Part shown: one piece after another, positions 26,712-36,775 of the stretch
Position numbering within the stretch: position 1 is the first letter of the stretch
Layout of the letters: each line of letters begins with the position of its first letter
Assembly (NCBI GenBank): GCA_944358355.1
Contig: CALVQY010000003.1
Location: 1 to 51,917 of the forward strand
Length of the DNA: 51,917 nucleotides
Origin: an uncultured Bacilli bacterium
GTDB taxonomy: Bacteria; Bacillota_I; Bacilli_A; RF39; UBA660
Reading direction: 5' to 3'
Notes under the pieces: generated by a model
The model's database searches: none
Told to the model about the DNA's origin: nothing
Seen by the model: only the letters and a program-made list of their open reading frames with translations
Translations under genes and position numbers: made by a program

Positions 26712-28115
26712 TTGATTACTATGGTCTCATATGATATGACCAAAACACCAGTTGTTAATGTAGTAGATGATATAATCGCTAACGCCTCAAAAGCCGGGGC
26801 TAGTGATATACATTTTGATCCAAGAGAAAATAGTCTGATGGTAAGAATAAGAGTAGATGGTGATTTACAAGATTATACTGAAATACCTAAGATTTATGAA
26901 AGAAATTTAATTACAAGAATAAAACTAATCGCTAATATGAATATAACTGAAAGTAGGCTTCCTCAAGATGGATCTATAAAAGGAACTATAAAAGGAATAA
27001 ATTTAGAGACACGTGTATCAACCCTACCTACTAATGAAGGTGAAAAATGTGTTATACGTATTCTTGATTATTCTAGAAGTTTACAAGGAATTGACACTTT
27101 AGGGTTTAATGAAGATAATTTGAAAAAATTAAAGAAAATGATCGCTGAACCTAATGGTATTATCTTAATAACAGGAGCGACTGGTAGTGGTAAAAGTACT
27201 ACTGTTTATTCTATTTTACAAGTATTAAATAAAAAAGAGACTAATATTATAACTGTAGAAGATCCAATAGAAATGAATCTTGAAGGATTAAATCAAGTAC
27301 AAGTAAATAGTGAAATAGGACTTGACTTTGCTACTGTTTTAAGATCTATTTTAAGACAGGACCCTAATGTTATTCTTATCGGAGAAATTCGTGATAGTGA
27401 AACTGCTAAAATAGCGGTACGTGCTTCTATAACAGGACACTTAGTATTATCTACAATCCATACTAATAACTCTTTAAGTACAATTGAAAGATTACTTGAT
27501 ATGAATGTTGAAAGATATTTGTTATCTAGTGCTTTATCTGGTATTATATCGCAGAAGCTTGCAAAGAAGGTATGTCCACATTGTAGATTAAAAGAAGAAA
27601 CTACTCCTTATCAAAGGAAAGTATTTAAGCTTGCTTTAGATAAAGATGTTAATTATATATATAATGCTAATCCTAAAGGGTGTGATAAATGTAATAACGG
27701 TTATCATGGTCGTATTGCTATTCAAGAAGTATTGATGATTAATGATGAGATTAGAAGTGCACTAAATGAAGAAAGTTTAGAAAAAGAAGATTTAAATAAA
27801 TTAGTATATAAATCTGATGTTATTACTATGTTACAAGATGGATTATTAAAAGTTTTAGATGGTTCTACTACTTTTGATGAGATATACAAGATTATTGATG
27901 TGGATGATGACTTAGATATTTATTGTAAGATTAGAGATATAGAATATAATGAGAATAATGACAATAATGACAATAATGACAATAAAGATGTAGAAGAAAA
28001 AGAAGAAGTCAAAGATGAAAAGAAAGAAAATGATATCAATATAAGTACGGATGAAGAAGTTAATACTCCAATAATTCAAATACATAATATAACTAAGGAA
28101 GATGAGGTATTATAA
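26712..28115 (+). CDS. GspE/PilB/ComGA family pilus assembly ATPase
   Basis: ASDIHF, RLPQDG, GATGSGKS, LRQDPNVILIGEIRD, TGHLVLSTIH and CxxC...CxxC; acidic tail. Confidence 0.92.
   Translation: MITMVSYDMTKTPVVNVVDDIIANASKAGASDIHFDPRENSLMVRIRVDGDLQDYTEIPKIYERNLITRIKLIANMNITESRLPQDGSIKGTIKGINLETRVSTLPTNEGEKCVIRILDYSRSLQGIDTLGFNEDNLKKLKKMIAEPNGIILITGATGSGKSTTVYSILQVLNKKETNIITVEDPIEMNLEGLNQVQVNSEIGLDFATVLRSILRQDPNVILIGEIRDSETAKIAVRASITGHLVLSTIHTNNSLSTIERLLDMNVERYLLSSALSGIISQKLAKKVCPHCRLKEETTPYQRKVFKLALDKDVNYIYNANPKGCDKCNNGYHGRIAIQEVLMINDEIRSALNEESLEKEDLNKLVYKSDVITMLQDGLLKVLDGSTTFDEIYKIIDVDDDLDIYCKIRDIEYNENNDNNDNNDNKDVEEKEEVKDEKKENDINISTDEEVNTPIIQIHNITKEDEVL
27954..27983 (+). repeat. 9-bp tandem repeat (AATAATGAC) x3 encoding NND
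   Basis: Seen directly in the 3' end of the ATPase gene. Confidence 0.8.
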
Positions 28116-28144
28116 AAGTGAGAAGGAAAATTCTCACTTTTTTT
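28114..28144 (+). terminator. Intrinsic terminator after the pilus ATPase gene
   Basis: AAAAGTGAGAA-loop-TTCTCACTTTTTTT. Confidence 0.8.
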
Positions 28145-28208
28145 ACTGAAAATATTATCTTTATAATCCATTATATATATTATTTGTTCAAATTAAAGAA
28201 TCTAGCAT

Positions 28209-28233
28209 TGATGTGAACCCCATTTAGGAGACA
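28209..28233 (+). mobile_element. Solo IS3/IS150-like terminal inverted repeat
   Basis: TGATGTGAACCCCATTTAGGAGACA fits the TG-N3-TG-NACCCC-N7-AGACA pattern recalled for IS150-group ends. Confidence 0.45.
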
Positions 28234-28237
28234 TCAT

Positions 28238-28268
28238 AAAAAGAACAGAATACACTTATCCTGCTCTT
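28238..28268 (-). terminator. Terminator/attenuator hairpin of leader copy 2
   Basis: AAGAGCAGGATA-AGTG-TATTCTGTTCTT followed by TTT. Confidence 0.7.
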
Positions 28269-28310
28269 ATATCATAATGAAAGAAAGTATTATTAATGTT
28301 TAAACTATCA

Positions 28311-28361
28311 TTACAATAATTTAAACACCCCAGTAACATATTGTAAACAAATTCTCCTCAT
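28311..28361 (-). CDS. Leader peptide uORF copy 2 (MRRICLQYVTGVFKLL*); the +1 frame extends to 28256 ending TFFHYDIRAG*
   Basis: SD AAGAAAGAAGG; G tract reduced to G4 (28328-28331). Confidence 0.55.
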   Translation of the reverse strand: MRRICLQYVTGVFKLL

Positions 28362-28424
28362 TTTTTTACCTTCTTTCTTATCTTCGTTATCTATATATTA
28401 ACATAATTAATTAGATAATTTCAA

Positions 28425-28754
28425 TCATTTCTTATCTTTTCTTAATTCTCTACTCAATCCTATAACTTTAACATAACTAATAGTACTAATAATAATCATA
28501 CTAATATTAAGAATTAAAACTATTATTGCTAATAAATTAAAGGATGTAATACCATTAATAAGACTTGTAAGTTCATTTTCTACTAAGACATCTCTTGTAG
28601 AGAAAAAATATAATGTAAGTATTATAGTTAACAGAAAATAAACTAAAGAAAATAGTCCTAACTTAATCTTTTTAAATCTAAAGAACTTATAAGCACTAGC
28701 TACTTCTATAGCCATAAATAAAAAGATAATAACTAAAAATATATAATTCACCAT
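28425..28754 (-). CDS. Hypothetical membrane protein (3 TM)
   Basis: Hydrophobic 109-aa ORF with SD AAAGGAAG. Confidence 0.7.
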   Translation of the reverse strand: MVNYIFLVIIFLFMAIEVASAYKFFRFKKIKLGLFSLVYFLLTIILTLYFFSTRDVLVENELTSLINGITSFNLLAIIVLILNISMIIISTISYVKVIGLSRELRKDKK

Positions 28755-28769
28755 AAAACAACTTCCTTT

Positions 28770-29684
28770 CTAATATAATTCTTTAGGTAATATCTTATCA
28801 AGAGCATTACTAATTACTTCACTTGATTCTTCTAATTTCTCTTCTTCTTCATCAGTTAATTTAATATTAATAACTTTTTCTATACCATTCTTTCCTATAA
28901 TGCATGGAGTTGAAATATAAACATCATAAGTTGTATTATAATTAGAAACTGGATAAACTTTCTTTAAATCTTTTAATATCGTTAATGTTAGTTCTAGAAG
29001 ACATGCTGCTACTCCATCACTTGTATAGCCTTTATGTTTAACAATTGTTCCTCCCATATGTCTTGTTTCATCTTCTAATTCTTCTTTTTCTTCTATAGAT
29101 AAAAATTGACTTAAGTTTTCTAGACCTATATTAGCATTACTCCAAGCGATGAATTCACTATTACCATGTTCTCCTAAAACATAGACATTTATATCATTAG
29201 GTTTAATATTTATCTTTTTACTAATTAATGATTTTAATCTTGCTGTATCTAACATAGTTCCTGTACCTATTACTTTGTTATAAGGATAATCTGTATAATG
29301 AGCGACTAATTCTGTGATAACATCTAAAGGATTACAAGCAACTAAACAAATACCATTAAATGAGGTATTACGAAGGTTATTAGTAATATCTACTATTATT
29401 TCATTAGCTTTTTCTAAATCATCTAATCTATTTTTTGTAGATTGAGGCACTCCTGCTGTTATTACAACAATATCTGCATCATTACAATCATTATAAGTAC
29501 CTAGTTTTAGGTTAATGTTAGAATTACTATATACTAAAGAATGTTCTAAATCTAAGATTTCACCTGTTAGTTTTTCTTCATCTAAATCGATTAAGCTTAT
29601 ATCTAAAGCCATATCAATTAAACATATTTTTTTTAAAAACTCTAGTCCGACATTACCACAACCAATAATTACTATTTTCTTCAT
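28770..29684 (-). CDS. ldh: L-lactate dehydrogenase family protein
   Basis: Motifs IGCGNVG, VITAGVPQ, NPLD, GTGTMLDTARL and LGEHG. Confidence 0.85.
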   Translation of the reverse strand: MKKIVIIGCGNVGLEFLKKICLIDMALDISLIDLDEEKLTGEILDLEHSLVYSNSNINLKLGTYNDCNDADIVVITAGVPQSTKNRLDDLEKANEIIVDITNNLRNTSFNGICLVACNPLDVITELVAHYTDYPYNKVIGTGTMLDTARLKSLISKKINIKPNDINVYVLGEHGNSEFIAWSNANIGLENLSQFLSIEEKEELEDETRHMGGTIVKHKGYTSDGVAACLLELTLTILKDLKKVYPVSNYNTTYDVYISTPCIIGKNGIEKVINIKLTDEEEEKLEESSEVISNALDKILPKELY

Positions 29685-29778
29685 AAGTCAACTACCTTTC
29701 TATAATTAGTTTACCACAGAAAGAAAAGATTATAAATAGAAAAAATATAGAATAAACTATACTTAAAATATAAATAAA

Positions 29779-30804
29779 TTATTTATTTGGGTCAACTAAT
29801 ATCTTAACAGCAGCATCTTTACCACCAGTAAGTCTTTCGTAGGCTGATTGTACTTCATCATAACTTACTATATCATCAACAAATTTCATTACTTCTATTT
29901 GTTTATTGCTAATTAAATCTATACATGTTTTAAATTCTTCTTTAGTGTAAGCGATAGCACCTTTTATAACTAATTCATCCATAACTGCTACAACAGTTGG
30001 AATATTTATAGGACCTGTAGCAACTCCAACTAGGACAACTGTTCCTCCTGGTCTTACATTAATTAATGCCGAAGTAACAGCACTAGAGTTACCACAACAC
30101 TCTATTACTATATCGAAACCATTTTCTGTATCTTTCATTACTTCGTTTACCATGTCCTCTTTAGTAGCATCATAATACTTATCAGCAACTGCTAAGCTAA
30201 CAGCTTTTTCTCCTCTTTTAAGATTAGTCTCACTAACTGCTACAAAACTTGCTCCTTCTTTTTTGGCGAACATGGCACTGATTAAGCCAATAATTCCTCC
30301 ACCTGTTACTAGTACTTTTGATCCTACTTTAACATCTGCTAAGTGGATTCCATGTAAAGCTACCGCTGTAGGTTCAACCATAGCTGCTTCTTCATCTTTA
30401 ACATTATCAGGTACTTTTAAAACCATGTCACTTCTAATTTTAATAACTTCTGTTAAAGCTCCAGGATTATCTAATGATAGTCCTATAGCTTCAGTCCATG
30501 TTTTCCTACAGTACTGATGATTACCACTTGAACAAGCAGGACACTTTAAGCATGGAGAAATAGGTAGTGCTGTTACTCTATCTCCTACTTTTAAATCACT
30601 TCTATCACCAGGATCAATTACTTCACCACAAAACTCATGTCCTAAGATTAGGCCTTTAGGTTCTCCCAATTCAAAATAATGTAAATCAGAGCCACAGATA
30701 CCAGCTTTTAAAACTTTAACGATAACATCTTTATTATTACTAACTGGCGCATCTATCTCTTTAATTTCAAATTTTCTTTTTTCTTTTAATGCAACTGCAC
30801 GCAT
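29779..30804 (-). CDS. Zinc-dependent alcohol/polyol dehydrogenase (butanediol/sorbitol dehydrogenase-like)
   Basis: Motifs GICGSD, GHEF.G, CxxCxxC...C and GGGIIG. Confidence 0.88.
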   Translation of the reverse strand: MRAVALKEKRKFEIKEIDAPVSNNKDVIVKVLKAGICGSDLHYFELGEPKGLILGHEFCGEVIDPGDRSDLKVGDRVTALPISPCLKCPACSSGNHQYCRKTWTEAIGLSLDNPGALTEVIKIRSDMVLKVPDNVKDEEAAMVEPTAVALHGIHLADVKVGSKVLVTGGGIIGLISAMFAKKEGASFVAVSETNLKRGEKAVSLAVADKYYDATKEDMVNEVMKDTENGFDIVIECCGNSSAVTSALINVRPGGTVVLVGVATGPINIPTVVAVMDELVIKGAIAYTKEEFKTCIDLISNKQIEVMKFVDDIVSYDEVQSAYERLTGGKDAAVKILVDPNK

Positions 30805-30906
30805 TTATATCACCTCATTATCCTCATAATAGCATAAATAAATCTATTCAAAAAGAGATGTATAAAAAATTTACACATCTTTACTTTTAAAAGCTTTAGA
30901 AAAATA

Positions 30907-32112
30907 CTATATATTATTATTTTTTTCTAATAACCATTCTATAATATTTTTATGTATAACGCCATTCCTAGATAAATCTTTTTTATCTAAAGAAAGAACA
31001 TATTTAGGTGTATCATCTTTTATTTCAGCAAATGCTCCAAATTCTCTTTCTATTACTTTATCACTATCTAACAAATAGGCAACTTGTATGTACATTTTTT
31101 CATCTGTTTTTTTAGCGATAAAGTCAATCTCTCCAGTTTTAGTTTTTCCTATATAAACATCATATCCTCTTTCCAATAATTCATTATAGACAACATTTTC
31201 TATGGCAAAACTCTTATTTATTTCAAAGTTATTATTTTTTATCTGTGCTATTCCTAAATCAGTCATATAATATTTATTTAAGGTTTTTAATATTGCTTTA
31301 CCGTGAATATCATATCTATAAATCTTCTTTATTATTAAAGCTTTACATAGAGCATCTAAATAGTTATATAAAGTCTCTGTGGAAACACTTCTTCCTTCTT
31401 GTTTTAAATATTTTATAATATTATCAGCTGAAAATTCTCTTCCTGTAGTATCAACTACATATTGTAATAATAAATTGAATAAAACTATGTCTTTAAGACC
31501 TAAACGCTCTACTACGTCTCTTAAAATAATTGAATCAAATACACTGTGAAGATAATCTTTTATATTATTTTCATCTTTAAATTGTACTCTATTAGGAAGT
31601 CCTCCCCATTTTACAAAATCCCAAAATGTTTCTTCACTTTTTGGTTCTTTTAAAGCAAGCATTGTAAATTCTTTATAACTTAAAGGATATATATTAAATA
31701 GAACATATCTACCAGACAAAACAGTTGAAAGTTCATTTGATAATAATTTACTGTTTGAACCCGTTATAAATATACTTACATTTGATAGTGACGCACGTAA
31801 CGAGTTGACAACAGTTTCAAATCTTTCAACTCTTTGTATTTCATCTAAAAATATATAGTAAATTTTATTATCTTTAATATTGTCTTTAATATATTTGTTT
31901 AATTTTTTATAATCTTGTAGTTCTTCATATTCAACAAGTTCAAAGTTAATATAAATTATATGATCATTTTTTATTCCTTTTGCTTTTATTTCATCCATTA
32001 TCTGATTTAATATTACAGACTTTCCACACCTCCTTATTCCTACAAGTATCTTTACTAAATCCGAATCATAAAATCCTCTTATTCTCGATAAATAAGTTTC
32101 TCTTTTTAACAT
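30907..32112 (-). CDS. AAA+ ATPase (AAA_14) with DUF4143 and PD-(D/E)XK-like domain
   Basis: Motifs GIRRCGKS, FLDEIQ, ITGSNS, LSGRY, GGLP, KYYMTDLG and EIDFIA...YIQV. Confidence 0.88.
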   Translation of the reverse strand: MLKRETYLSRIRGFYDSDLVKILVGIRRCGKSVILNQIMDEIKAKGIKNDHIIYINFELVEYEELQDYKKLNKYIKDNIKDNKIYYIFLDEIQRVERFETVVNSLRASLSNVSIFITGSNSKLLSNELSTVLSGRYVLFNIYPLSYKEFTMLALKEPKSEETFWDFVKWGGLPNRVQFKDENNIKDYLHSVFDSIILRDVVERLGLKDIVLFNLLLQYVVDTTGREFSADNIIKYLKQEGRSVSTETLYNYLDALCKALIIKKIYRYDIHGKAILKTLNKYYMTDLGIAQIKNNNFEINKSFAIENVVYNELLERGYDVYIGKTKTGEIDFIAKKTDEKMYIQVAYLLDSDKVIEREFGAFAEIKDDTPKYVLSLDKKDLSRNGVIHKNIIEWLLEKNNNI

Positions 32113-32157
32113 GTCATATCACCTATAGTTATTTTAGTTTATAACTTCTGTTTTGTC

Positions 32158-32234
32158 AAGTTATTTCGTTTAAACGAAATAACTTTGTGTTTTTTTAAAT
32201 TAAAAAGTTATTTTTTCTCTATTAAAAATAACTT
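32158..32234. repeat. Two inverted repeats built from AAGTTATTT half-sites upstream of the AAA/DUF4143 promoter
   Basis: Perfect 28-bp palindrome at 32158-32185 and AAGTTATTTTT-N8-AAAAATAACTT at 32205-32234. They abut a minus-strand TTGACA-N17-TAAAAT. Confidence 0.8.
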
Positions 32235-32241
32235 CTATAAT

Positions 32242-33561
32242 CTATACATCTTTACTTTTAAAAGCCTTAAAGAATTTACTCCATACTTTCTCATTAGAAT
32301 AATTAAGAATGCCTACTTTATATACTTTAATACCAAAGTGTAATATCAAATATATAAATAGGACTAAAATAACAATAGATATTACTATATCAATTAATCC
32401 TATTTCTCCCATCATATAAAGACTAGGACTAACAAATGATGATAAGAATGGTACATAAGATAATATTCTAATAAGAAGAGAACCATTAAACATTCCTGCC
32501 ATCATGGCTAAGTAATATCCTCCTAAAGAAATAAATACTAGAGGTGTTTGTAACTGGGAAAAGTCTTCCATATTAACTGTCATTGATGCAAGGATTCCTG
32601 CAACTATTGAATAAGCTAAGAATGATAAGACTATTAATATTAAAGTTAGAGGTATTACATATATTAACTTTTCTATAAAACCAGATGATACTAAACTATC
32701 AAAGATTGAGGTAACTTCACTAGGTAGTGACATACCACTACTTAACATATTTGTACTTATTAATAGGCCTATAACTGTATAAACTACTAAAAGTAAGCCT
32801 TGAACAATTACAAAGATATTACTAGCAAGTATCTTTGACATTAAGTGTTGTTTAGGAGAAACATTAGAAATAATTATTTCCATACTACGTGTTGTCTTCT
32901 CTTCACATATTTCTCCTCCTACCATTTGGATTAAAATCATAGTTAACATGAAGAATGGTAAAATAATAGTTGGAAAGACACTACTCATAATAAGTCCCAT
33001 ATTTTCATCTACATTATTATCTTCATTAAGTACTACTCTATCAATTGTAACAGGACTAGATATATTATTTAAAGTAGTAGCATCTATATTATTTATAGCC
33101 ATACCAATAGTAGTTTTAGTTGAATTTAAGCTTTGTGAGATAACTTGATAAGTTAGGGTATCTATCTTTTCATTAGAAGTAACTTTAGCTTTTAAATATT
33201 CCGTATTATCACTAGTTAGTTCTACTAATATCTCATCATCTTTTAAATCATCTTTTAGTTCTTTGGAAGTCTTATCAGTCTTTTTAACTGTTATTTTCAT
33301 ATCTTCATCATTTAGACTACTAGCATAACTTTCTATATTTTTTTCAAATAAAGTATAACTATCAGTATCATTATCTACAACAATTATACTAGTCTTATTA
33401 TCAAAATCTCCTCCAAAGAAAGATACGATTGAGTTAATATTTAAAAGAAGAATTATCGCTACTGCAAGTATTATATTAGTAATAACAAACCATTTAGTCT
33501 TAAACTTCTTTCTTAAACTAACTTTTGTTAAATATAGAAATTTTCTATTCATGGATACCAC
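32242..33561 (-). CDS. ABC-2 type transporter permease (YhaP/NatB-like)
   Basis: EEKTTRSMEIIIS motif; 1+5/6 TM topology. Confidence 0.85.
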   Translation of the reverse strand: MVSMNRKFLYLTKVSLRKKFKTKWFVITNIILAVAIILLLNINSIVSFFGGDFDNKTSIIVVDNDTDSYTLFEKNIESYASSLNDEDMKITVKKTDKTSKELKDDLKDDEILVELTSDNTEYLKAKVTSNEKIDTLTYQVISQSLNSTKTTIGMAINNIDATTLNNISSPVTIDRVVLNEDNNVDENMGLIMSSVFPTIILPFFMLTMILIQMVGGEICEEKTTRSMEIIISNVSPKQHLMSKILASNIFVIVQGLLLVVYTVIGLLISTNMLSSGMSLPSEVTSIFDSLVSSGFIEKLIYVIPLTLILIVLSFLAYSIVAGILASMTVNMEDFSQLQTPLVFISLGGYYLAMMAGMFNGSLLIRILSYVPFLSSFVSPSLYMMGEIGLIDIVISIVILVLFIYLILHFGIKVYKVGILNYSNEKVWSKFFKAFKSKDV

Positions 33562-34441
33562 CTACTTTCGCTATGAAGATTTCATTTAAAGTTGGTTCTA
33601 CTACATCATACTTAGTAATATTACAGTTTTTAATTAAAGAGAATATTTTAGGAGCGACGCTTTTATCTTCTATTTTTACTTCTATTTCTCCTCTTACTTT
33701 AGAAATACCTAATACTCCTTTTACGGTCTTAATTTTATCAATAGGCAAATCTTCTCCTCTTAACATAATATTTTTAATACCAAAGTCTTCTTTTATTTGT
33801 TTTAAGGCACCACTAACAACAGGATGTCCTTTTACAAGAATTACTAATTTTTCACAGAAGTCTTCAATATATTCCATTTGGTGTGATGAAAAGATAATAG
33901 ATGTACCTTCTTTTTGAAGTTCATATATAGCATCTTTCATCATTTTAACATTAATAGGATCAAGGCCTGTGAAAGGTTCATCTAATATTAATAGTTTAGG
34001 ATGATTAATAATAGCTGATATGAATTGTATTTTTTGTTGATTACCTTTAGATAATTCTTTTATTTTTCTATTCTTATAACTACTTATTTCAAATCTTTCT
34101 AACCATTTATCAATATCTTTTTCTATTGTTCTTTCATCTAGTCCTTTTAAAACACCATAGAATTTAAGTTGTTCTAGAACTGTAAGTTTAGTAAGTAGGC
34201 TCCTTTCTTCTGTAACAAAACCTATTTTATCAGTTAAATTATAATCTATTTTCTTACCATCAAGTAATACTTCTCCACTATTTGATTCAATTAGTCCCAT
34301 GATAATTCTAAAGGTCGTTGTCTTTCCTGCTCCATTTTCTCCAAGTAAGCCAAATATTTCTCCATTTTTAACTTCAAAAGATAGATTATCAACGGCTTTA
34401 TTATTTCCATAGTATTTAACAATATTTTTAACTTTAAGCAT
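33545..34441 (-). CDS. ABC transporter ATP-binding protein (YhaQ/NatA-like)
   Basis: Motifs GENGAGKT, LSKGNQQK and ILDEPF. Confidence 0.92.
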   Translation of the reverse strand: MLKVKNIVKYYGNNKAVDNLSFEVKNGEIFGLLGENGAGKTTTFRIIMGLIESNSGEVLLDGKKIDYNLTDKIGFVTEERSLLTKLTVLEQLKFYGVLKGLDERTIEKDIDKWLERFEISSYKNRKIKELSKGNQQKIQFISAIINHPKLLILDEPFTGLDPINVKMMKDAIYELQKEGTSIIFSSHQMEYIEDFCEKLVILVKGHPVVSGALKQIKEDFGIKNIMLRGEDLPIDKIKTVKGVLGISKVRGEIEVKIEDKSVAPKIFSLIKNCNITKYDVVEPTLNEIFIAKVGGIHE

Positions 34442-34454
34442 AATTAAAACCTTT

Positions 34455-35327
34455 CTATTTTGTATTATTTAATTCTTCTTTATATCTTCTTAGAGCATCT
34501 TTATAACTAGGTAACATCGTAAAACCCATATTTACTAGTTTTTCTTTACTTAGTTTAGAGTTTCTTGGTCTATAAGCTTGTTTAGTGTTAGTTATTTTCA
34601 AATACTCTTCTGTACTTACTTCATTTACCTTTACATCTTTATTATTGATAGCGAATATATCTTTAGCAAACTCAGCCCAACTACAGTATAAGTCATTAGT
34701 AACGTTATAGGTACCGTATTTAGTAGTATTTGACATATCTACTAGGATTTTCGCTAAATCCACTGTATAAGTAGGACTTCCTATTTGATCATTTACAACA
34801 TTAACTTCTTTATGATTATCTGATAGTTTTAACATTGTCTTAATGAAGTTATGACCATTAATACCAAATACCCAAGATATTCTTGTAATAAAGTGTTTTT
34901 TATTACGTCTAACTTCTTCTTCACCTAAGTATTTAGTCTTACCATAAACACTTTTAGGATTAACTTCATCTTCTTCAGTATAATATCCTTCTTTTGTACC
35001 ATCAAAGACATAGTCTGTTGACATATAAATTACGGTAGAGTTTATTTCTAGTGAGGCATCTACAATGTTTTTAGTACCAGTAACATTAATATTATAAGCA
35101 TTATCTTCATCATCTTCTGCTTTATCAACGGCAGTATAGGCAGCACAATGAAAGATGATATCAGGTCTAAAATCTAATATTACTTTAAAAACAGCTTCTT
35201 TATTAGTAATATCCATCTCTTCTCTATCAACAGCAAGAATAGACTTTTCATCTACTCCTCTTTTTAATAATTCTCTTTTTATATCATATCCTAATTGTCC
35301 TTTATAACCTGTAATTAAGTATTTCAT
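34455..35327 (-). CDS. rfbD: dTDP-4-dehydrorhamnose reductase
   Basis: Motifs TGYKGQLG, AAYTAVDKAE, STDYVFDG and YGKTK. Confidence 0.93.
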   Translation of the reverse strand: MKYLITGYKGQLGYDIKRELLKRGVDEKSILAVDREEMDITNKEAVFKVILDFRPDIIFHCAAYTAVDKAEDDEDNAYNINVTGTKNIVDASLEINSTVIYMSTDYVFDGTKEGYYTEEDEVNPKSVYGKTKYLGEEEVRRNKKHFITRISWVFGINGHNFIKTMLKLSDNHKEVNVVNDQIGSPTYTVDLAKILVDMSNTTKYGTYNVTNDLYCSWAEFAKDIFAINNKDVKVNEVSTEEYLKITNTKQAYRPRNSKLSKEKLVNMGFTMLPSYKDALRRYKEELNNTK

Positions 35328-35899
35328 TATTTCCTCCTTGTAAATACAACTTTAGAATCTTTAAGTCTTGGATGTATTTTATCTTTATCAGATAATATTG
35401 GCTTATCAATACCATTTTCTTTAAAAAGTTTGTCCCAAGGAATACCAAGATCAGGGTCATTCCAAAGAATTCCTCCTTCTTTATCTGGTGCATAATCATT
35501 ATCTACTAGATACTGAAAAACAGTGTTATCTTCTAGTGAGATAAAACCATGAGCAAAGCCTCTTGGAACATATAATTGTCTAAAATTATCCTCAGTTAGT
35601 TTAACAGCGATATATTTTCCAAAAGTAAGAGAATCTTTTCTAATATCAACTACTACATCAATAGCAGAGCCTTTAATAACTTCTACTATCTTAGCTTGAC
35701 ACATAGGATCTTCTTGGAAGTGTAAGCCTCTAACAACTCCTTTAGAACTCATACTTCTATTAGCTTGCTTAACACCAAGAAAACCTAATTCTTTTAGTTC
35801 TTTTTCGATATAATATGGAGAAAAATATCCTCTTTCATCACCAAACTTTGCAGGTTCTAAAATATAACAATCTAAAATTTCTGTTTCTATTATTTTCAT
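35327..35899 (-). CDS. rfbC: dTDP-4-dehydrorhamnose 3,5-epimerase
   Basis: Motifs FGDERG, RGLHFQ, VVVDIR and GFAHGF. Confidence 0.93.
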   Translation of the reverse strand: MKIIETEILDCYILEPAKFGDERGYFSPYYIEKELKELGFLGVKQANRSMSSKGVVRGLHFQEDPMCQAKIVEVIKGSAIDVVVDIRKDSLTFGKYIAVKLTEDNFRQLYVPRGFAHGFISLEDNTVFQYLVDNDYAPDKEGGILWNDPDLGIPWDKLFKENGIDKPILSDKDKIHPRLKDSKVVFTRRK

Positions 35900-35902
35900 A
35901 CC

Positions 35903-36775
35903 TTACTCCTTTACTATTTCCATTAAATGCCTACCATAAGTGTTTTTCTTCATAACTTCTGCTTGTCTTAACACTTCTTCTTTTGTTAACCAGCCATTTT
36001 TATAAGCAATCTCTTCAGGACAACAAATAGTAATATTTTGATGTTCTTGAATAGTTGCAACAAAGTTAGTGGCATCAAATAAACTTTTAAAGGTTCCTGT
36101 ATCAAACCAACCATAACCTTCATTAAGAGTTATGACTTTAAGTTTATCTTCCATTAAAAACAATCTATTTAAATCAGTTATTTCTAACTCTCCTCTTTTT
36201 GATGGAGTTAGCTTCTTAGCTTTCTCTACTACTGTTTTATCATAGAAATATAGTCCTGTTATAGCATAATTACTCTTAGGCTCACTAGGTTTTTCTTCAA
36301 CACTTTTAACTTTTCCTTGTTTATCAAATTCTACGATACCAAAGCGTTCTGGATCATGAACATGATAACCAAAGACTGTAGCATAACCATCTTTAGCGTT
36401 GTTAACCGCTCTTTCTAAGACTTCCCCTAAATTAGGTCCATAGAATATATTATCACCTAGAACCATACAACAACTATCATTTCCAATAAATTCTTCTCCT
36501 AAGAGAAATGCTTGGGCAAGTCCATCAGGACTAGGTTGTTCTACATAAGAGAAATTAACCCCGAATTTAGTTCCATCTCCTAATAATTCTTTAAATCTAG
36601 GTAAATCTTTAGGAGTTGATATAATTAAGATATCTCTTATCTTCGCCTGCATTAAAACTGATAGTGGATAATATATCATAGGTTTATCATAAATAGGCAT
36701 CAATTGTTTACTAGTTACTTCTGTAAGGGGATAAAGTCTTGTTCCACTTCCCCCTGCTAAAATTATTCCTTTCAT
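35903..36775 (-). CDS. rfbA: Glucose-1-phosphate thymidylyltransferase
   Basis: Motifs [33 protein letters not shown] and WFDTGT. Confidence 0.95.
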   Translation of the reverse strand: MKGIILAGGSGTRLYPLTEVTSKQLMPIYDKPMIYYPLSVLMQAKIRDILIISTPKDLPRFKELLGDGTKFGVNFSYVEQPSPDGLAQAFLLGEEFIGNDSCCMVLGDNIFYGPNLGEVLERAVNNAKDGYATVFGYHVHDPERFGIVEFDKQGKVKSVEEKPSEPKSNYAITGLYFYDKTVVEKAKKLTPSKRGELEITDLNRLFLMEDKLKVITLNEGYGWFDTGTFKSLFDATNFVATIQEHQNITICCPEEIAYKNGWLTKEEVLRQAEVMKKNTYGRHLMEIVKE

